Positions 27,884-32,000 of a DNA stretch of 32,000 nt are shown here, piece by piece. The translations under genes were made by a program, and so were the position numbers. The notes beneath the pieces were generated by a model. That model was not told the origin of the DNA. It saw only the letters and a program-made list of their open reading frames with translations, and made no database searches. Source of the stretch: a virus. The stretch lies in the IMG/VR virus record IMGVR_UViG_3300035670_013237, positions 90,001 to 122,000 of that record; one strand, 5' to 3'. Within the stretch, counting starts at the first letter, position 1. Every line of letters starts with the position of its first letter.

Positions 27884-28645
27884 ATGTCTTCGATGAACCT
27901 CAATGTCGGTATCAAGAACCTCCGCAACGGCACCAACATCATGGAAATCAAGGTGCCCGAGCAGCTCCGGACCCGGATGCCCACGGGCATCGAGTGGTTC
28001 GACGACGCCATCGGTGGCACAGGCTTCGTCCCCTCCTGCGTCATGATGCTCACCGGTACCCCCGGTGCGGGCAAGACGACGATGCTCCTGCAGCTCGCGG
28101 ATTCCATCACATCGGCAGGCCACATCTGCCTCTACAACACCGGCGAGGAGAGCCTCTACCAGGTGCGCATGGTCACCGAGCGCCTCAAGCTGAAGAGTGG
28201 CTTCGTGGCAGGTCAGGACACGATGGTGCAGGACCTCCTCGCTCATGCGGACGCCCTCCGCGAGGCGAACCCTGGCAAGCAGGTCTTCATCCTCCAGGAC
28301 TCCCTCCAAACCCTCGACGACGGAAAGTGGAAGGATGGCCCCAACAGCGTCACCCCGCTCCGTGTCGTCGAGCGCCTCACGGACTGGGCGAAGACGAACT
28401 TTACGAACGTCATCTTCATCGGCCAGGTCAATAAGTCGGGCGAGTTTGCAGGCAAGAACGGCATTCTCCATGCGGTCGACGTCCGTGGTCGCATCTTCCT
28501 CGACACCGACAAGAAGAGTGAGACCTTTGGCGAGCGCATCTTCGAGGTTACCAAGAACCGGTTCGGTTGTTCAGGCCGCGCCTATGTCCTCGGCCTCAGC
28601 GACAAGGGCCTCTATGAGAAGGGCTCCCTCAGCCAGCTCTCGTAA
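27884..28645 (+). CDS. RadA/Sms-like RecA-superfamily ATPase (core domain only)
   Basis: 253 aa; TGIEWFDDAIGG, Walker A GTPGAGKTT, Walker B VFILQDS, and the RadA-signature KNRFG; no N-terminal zinc finger or C-terminal Lon-like domain. Confidence 0.75.
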   Translation: MSSMNLNVGIKNLRNGTNIMEIKVPEQLRTRMPTGIEWFDDAIGGTGFVPSCVMMLTGTPGAGKTTMLLQLADSITSAGHICLYNTGEESLYQVRMVTERLKLKSGFVAGQDTMVQDLLAHADALREANPGKQVFILQDSLQTLDDGKWKDGPNSVTPLRVVERLTDWAKTNFTNVIFIGQVNKSGEFAGKNGILHAVDVRGRIFLDTDKKSETFGERIFEVTKNRFGCSGRAYVLGLSDKGLYEKGSLSQLS

Positions 28646-28663
28646 AAAAAAGCTGGGCCGGGG

Positions 28664-28692
28664 TGCAAAGCCCCGGCCCGGCATGGTACTCT
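28664..28692 (+). promoter_or_regulatory. two-box promoter-like element (AAA+ ATPase gene)
   Basis: A-tract, hairpin GGGCCGGGG-tgcaaa-GCCCCGGCCC; TGCAAA (28664-69) - 17 nt - TACTCT (28687-92); no second hairpin. Confidence 0.5.
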
Positions 28693-28722
28693 GTTCTTAC
28701 TTCACCACCACGGAAGGAAACC

Positions 28723-29856
28723 ATGAACAACCCAATGAGCATCTCACGCTTCGTAGAAATTGCCCCTCTCCTCCCCCGGGACACCTCGATCCTCATCCGC
28801 GGCCCTCACGGCATCGGCAAGTCCCAGGTCGTCCGCCAGGTCTCGGCTGCCATCGGCGCCAAGGAGGGCATCAAGAACTTCCCGGTCATCGATCGCCGGC
28901 TCTCCCAGATGACGGAGGGCGACATGATTGGTCTCCCATCCACCGACGGCAACGTCACCCGCTTCAACCCACCCGACTGGTACAAGGCGGCCTGCGACGC
29001 CCCCGTCACCCTCTTCCTGGACGAGCTCAACCGCGCCACCCACGAGGTGATGCAGGCTGCGTTCCAGGTCGTCCTGGACCGGGAGCTGAATGGATGGAAA
29101 CTGCATCCCCAGACCCGGGTGTTTGCTGCGGTCAATGCCTCGGCCGAGTACACGGTGAATGAGATGGACCCGGCCCTTCTCGATCGTTTCTGGGCGATTG
29201 ATTTGACCCCCACCACCGAGGATTGGCTCAACTGGGCCCGGGGTCCGGGTGCCATCCACCCCACAATCACGGACTTCATCTCCTCGGCCGACAAGTGGCT
29301 CGATCCCCCGAAGCACACCGAGGCAGGCTCGGTCCACCCAAGCCGCCGCTCCTGGGAGCGTCTCTCCAAGTGTCTCATGGCCACGGGGGTCGCGGACAAT
29401 CCGGAGGACTCCGCCTTCTATTCCCTCTCTCTCGGCTACATTGGTGTGGATGCTTCGATCGCCTTCTACGACTTCGCCAAGTCGGTTGACAACCGGGTGA
29501 CGGGCGAGGACGTGGTGGAGCGGTACCCCAAGTTCAAGAAGAAAGTCGAGAAGCTCTCCCAAGACCGGCTCAACGGCCTGGTCGAAAAGGTGGCCGAGTA
29601 CGTCACGAAGAACCTGTCGACCTTGTCCGACAAGCAGGGCAAGAACCTCCAGGACTTCATCAAGGACATCCCAGGCGAGCTCCGGGTCTCGTGCTGGTCC
29701 AAGCTCACGGCCCACGGACTCGATAAGCTGGAGCTCGCGAAGTCCGTGCACAAGTGGTGTGCCGCTGCGATCCTGGATGTGTTCGGGGTGCCCATGGGCG
29801 AGAAGGGCATCGGGGTCACCCCCAACATTCCTGAGATGTTGAAGAACAAAAAGTGA
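28723..29856 (+). CDS. AAA+ ATPase, MoxR/CobS-like (AAA_5-type)
   Basis: Start trimmed to the ATG at 28723 after GGAAGGAAACC; Walker A GPHGIGKS, Walker B/sensor LFLDELNRA. Confidence 0.7.
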   Translation: MNNPMSISRFVEIAPLLPRDTSILIRGPHGIGKSQVVRQVSAAIGAKEGIKNFPVIDRRLSQMTEGDMIGLPSTDGNVTRFNPPDWYKAACDAPVTLFLDELNRATHEVMQAAFQVVLDRELNGWKLHPQTRVFAAVNASAEYTVNEMDPALLDRFWAIDLTPTTEDWLNWARGPGAIHPTITDFISSADKWLDPPKHTEAGSVHPSRRSWERLSKCLMATGVADNPEDSAFYSLSLGYIGVDASIAFYDFAKSVDNRVTGEDVVERYPKFKKKVEKLSQDRLNGLVEKVAEYVTKNLSTLSDKQGKNLQDFIKDIPGELRVSCWSKLTAHGLDKLELAKSVHKWCAAAILDVFGVPMGEKGIGVTPNIPEMLKNKK

Positions 29857-29886
29857 GGTGGGCAGGCCTCGGGCCTAGATATTAAC

Positions 29887-30450
29887 ATGGCAACACACTT
29901 CATCGAAGAACGCTGGATTGAACGGGCCGAAGCCCGGCGCGAGAAGGCTCGTCGGGCAGGCCGAGCGCCTGCCAAGGTGCAGTCACAGTGGGAGGACGAT
30001 CTTCGATATATCAAGGGACTCCGCGTGGTGGTGGAGTGGTGCACCGCACGCTCACTGACCGTGGTCTTCAAGAACCAGCATGGAGGGATCTTCTTCCCCG
30101 CACAGGACAAGATCACAATCAGCGAGCGGGCGGTGCCCAAGCTTCAGCTCCACTATCTCCTCCATGAGTGTGGTCATGCACTCATTGGCCCGAAACAGCC
30201 CGGCGGCCGCTTCAGCATGGGCTACGGGGTGAAGAACGATCGGGCCCTCCGCTCCCCCCAGCACAAGCTAGACGTCATCGAGGAAGAGTTCGAGGCATGG
30301 CACCGGGGCTGGAAGCTGGGCCGGAAGCTGGGGGTCTTCATCCGGTCGGATCGTGCATGCTACGACGACACGCGGGTAAAGATGTTGAGGACTTACATTG
30401 ATTGGGCTTCCAAGTCCTGGGGATCCTCGACCACAATTGACCCTGAGTGA
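29887..30450 (+). CDS. putative HExxH zinc metallopeptidase-like protein
   Basis: 187 aa; HYLLHECGHALIG resembles ImmA/IrrE-type (M78-like) active sites; weak RBS. Confidence 0.45.
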   Translation: MATHFIEERWIERAEARREKARRAGRAPAKVQSQWEDDLRYIKGLRVVVEWCTARSLTVVFKNQHGGIFFPAQDKITISERAVPKLQLHYLLHECGHALIGPKQPGGRFSMGYGVKNDRALRSPQHKLDVIEEEFEAWHRGWKLGRKLGVFIRSDRACYDDTRVKMLRTYIDWASKSWGSSTTIDPE

Positions 30451-30553
30451 GGCTCAGATAAAAGAGACAAAATGAGATAGGTTTGCTCCCATGGAATTTA
30501 CGAGAGCCCATCTCAGCCCACCCTGCCAACCGAAAAAAAAGTTTGTGGAGGTG

Positions 30554-30582
30554 TGCAAACTTCCACAGGCACATTGTAGAGT
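30554..30582 (+). promoter_or_regulatory. two-box promoter-like element
   Basis: A8 tract, hairpin TGTGGAgG-tgtgcaaac-tTCCACA; TGCAAA (30554-59) - 17 nt - TAGAGT (30577-82); the ATG lies 6 nt downstream. Confidence 0.5.
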
Positions 30583-30588
30583 TGGACC

Positions 30589-30990
30589 ATGAAAGGACGT
30601 AAGGTGACATGGAAGGCAGGCGAGGACCCGGCGGTTGCCGGACGCCCTGCACCTCCCCCACGGTACAGGGGAGCGCAGAGCACCTCTCACCTGGAGAAGA
30701 TCGCTGACCAGTTGTACCCAGGAGCGCTCCTTGCCTGCGAACGAGAACTATACGTGGACACGTACCACACGAATCTTCCCCATCCGCTCCTTGTCACGAG
30801 CGATCCAGCCTGGGCACAGGCGGCGCCCACTGTCGCTCATCGGGGTGACCTTGTCATCTATGCCGGCACTGTACGTTACGAGGAGGAGACTTCAAAGAGT
30901 TCTCTGCGTGTCGTACGTCACACGGTCATCTGCCGGGGACAACGATACATCCTCAGCACTCTCGACGGAGTGAAGCCTGTCGACGATTAA
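30589..30990 (+). CDS. hypothetical protein with C-terminal SH3-like GD motif, possibly leaderless
   Basis: 133 aa; HRGDLVIYAG motif; the ATG lies 6 nt after the TAGAGT box of the element at 30554-30582. Confidence 0.55.
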   Translation: MKGRKVTWKAGEDPAVAGRPAPPPRYRGAQSTSHLEKIADQLYPGALLACERELYVDTYHTNLPHPLLVTSDPAWAQAAPTVAHRGDLVIYAGTVRYEEETSKSSLRVVRHTVICRGQRYILSTLDGVKPVDD

Positions 30991-31003
30991 ATTCGTGAAT
31001 GTG

Positions 31004-31061
31004 TGCAAATAGCCCGCCAATCTTGGTACAACAGAACTGTGGGGTGGGAGAGTGCCCGCCC
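31004..31061 (+). promoter_or_regulatory. promoter/5'-hairpin cassette
   Basis: TGCAAA (31004-09) - 17 nt - TACAAC (31027-32); hairpin GGGTGGG-agagtg-CCCGCCC. Confidence 0.55.
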
Positions 31062-31073
31062 AGGAGATGAGCG

Positions 31074-31274
31074 ATGCAAGAGTTTACCATCATGCGAGCC
31101 CGCCGAACCACAGGTGGCGAGTACGTCATCCTGTGCCACCTGCCTGAGAACAAGGTGACGCCCTGGGTGACGTGGCGTGCGGCGACAGTCGACGGCCAGG
31201 GCGCGTACCGGGGCAACTATTTCTACGCGAACGAAGAGACCTTCGCATACGAGGACTTCAACACTCGCACCTGA
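31074..31274 (+). CDS. hypothetical protein
   Basis: 66 aa; AGGAGATGAGCG RBS; cassette 31004-31061 upstream. Confidence 0.65.
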   Translation: MQEFTIMRARRTTGGEYVILCHLPENKVTPWVTWRAATVDGQGAYRGNYFYANEETFAYEDFNTRT

Positions 31275-31284
31275 GGGAGACCAC

Positions 31285-31563
31285 ATGAGAGAGCACTTCA
31301 TCCCATCCGCCAAAGATCCAACCAGGCGGATTCACGTGATCGAATACGGAGGCAGGTGGTGGGCTCGAGTGGGTGGCTCACCACAGGTGTCCATGTTCTG
31401 GCGCACTCCCAGGGGAGACTGGGGCTTTAGCGCCCCTGTGGACCCTCCCCCGGGCCTTGCAGCATGGTCCACTGACGACACGGTGGAGTGGATCGCAGAC
31501 CTCCGGACGGTCATCAGCTTCTTCGAAGAACAACAACGATACTTCAAGGCGACGGAACTATGA
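31285..31563 (+). CDS. hypothetical protein
   Basis: Start trimmed to the ATG at 31285 after GAGGGAG. Confidence 0.6.
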   Translation: MREHFIPSAKDPTRRIHVIEYGGRWWARVGGSPQVSMFWRTPRGDWGFSAPVDPPPGLAAWSTDDTVEWIADLRTVISFFEEQQRYFKATEL

Positions 31564-31784
31564 ACACTCTCATTATCGCTGGTGTCATCCTGCTGGGCGT
31601 CGGGCTCGCGGCATTCGTCACATGGGGCGTGCTCCAGGCCGTGCTCGACCTCATAGTCTTGAGGCGCATGAGAGAGGGAGACACCGAGGGCGTAAAGCGT
31701 GCCCTCGATCACAGCTCCGTACGGATCTCTCAGCGTGTTAGAATCACAGCAGAGGTCTGGCTCAAGGACCGGGAGGGACCATGA
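31560..31784 (+). CDS. small membrane protein (one predicted TM helix)
   Basis: The ATG at 31560 gives an ATGA overlap; LIIAGVILLGVGLAAFVTWGVL hydrophobic segment. Confidence 0.6.
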   Translation: MNTLIIAGVILLGVGLAAFVTWGVLQAVLDLIVLRRMREGDTEGVKRALDHSSVRISQRVRITAEVWLKDREGP

Positions 31785-32000
31785 CTACGTACTATGAGAA
31801 GCGGGGACGTCGATACTATCCAGTCGCAGAACACATGACACGTGACGCTCTTCCGGAAGGTCACTATCTGGTCACAGTCAAGCCCGGCATCACTTCGTGG
31901 ACGAGGGACGTCACTCCTGACACGGCTGCATTGAAGGCGGCACAGAAGATGGTGATCGATGAACTGGCAAAGTGGATCTATGAGGCAGGCCAGGCACGAC
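31781..32000 (+). CDS. hypothetical protein, 5' part (runs off right edge)
   Basis: ATGA overlap at 31781; GGGAGGGACC RBS; open to the window end (MTTYYEKRGRRYYPVAEH...). Confidence 0.55.
   Translation, partial: MTTYYEKRGRRYYPVAEHMTRDALPEGHYLVTVKPGITSWTRDVTPDTAALKAAQKMVIDELAKWIYEAGQAR

Noticed and set aside
21895-31061. CRISPR-like appearance of regularly recurring repeats
   Set aside because: The repeat unit is about 60-75 nt with variable internal spacer sequence. The intervals are irregular (150-1200 nt) and consist of protein-coding genes with RBSs. There are no cas genes.
1-32000. tRNA, rRNA, integrase, transposase or IS elements, and sigma54-type (TGGCAC-N5-TTGCA) promoters
   Set aside because: No T-loop/acceptor-like structures or GTTCGAATC-type motifs were seen in the non-coding gaps. 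No recombinase-like ORFs were seen. The TGGTAC and TTGCA-like strings are in the wrong order and spacing for sigma54.

Overview
This window reads as an accessory (hyperplastic) region of a large dsDNA bacteriophage genome. It holds about 85 tightly packed, mostly small ORFs. I saw no rRNA, tRNA, CRISPR array, transposase or integrase.

There are three blocks:

1. **1-10.45 kb.** A visibly AT-rich run of about 39 small minus-strand genes, often with ATGA/GTGA stop-start overlaps. It is dominated by about 26 paralogues of a small SH3-like protein with an N-terminal (M/V)KPGDLV-type motif, and also holds an N6-adenine DNA methyltransferase.

2. **10.5-16.9 kb.**
   - A GNAT-like gene.
   - A bacterial-type adenylosuccinate synthetase (PurA-like) with its own near-consensus sigma70 promoter.
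   - A plus-strand block of two unassigned ORFs and three tandem glycine-rich paralogues, which may be structural.
   - A GC3-saturated gene of unknown function.

3. **16.9-32 kb.**
   - A GC-rich plus-strand region that opens with a 1.17-kb ORF-poor stretch full of repeat motifs.
   - About 37 small genes, many preceded by a conserved ~75-nt cassette: A-tract, GC hairpin carrying a TGCAAA box, exactly 17 nt, a TGG-TACAAC box, a second hairpin, then GGAG and ATG.
   - Recognisable products: a DUF5664-like NTP pyrophosphohydrolase-domain protein, a thioredoxin-like protein, a RadA-like RecA-superfamily ATPase, a MoxR/CobS-like AAA+ ATPase and an HExxH protein.

The strongest signal is the promoter-like two-box element. 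I found 28 copies with invariant spacing, on both strands and in both compositional compartments. It resembles the PeSL (promoter-early stem-loop) cassettes described in T4-type phages.

All functional calls rest on motifs read by eye, with no database search. GC statements are qualitative.
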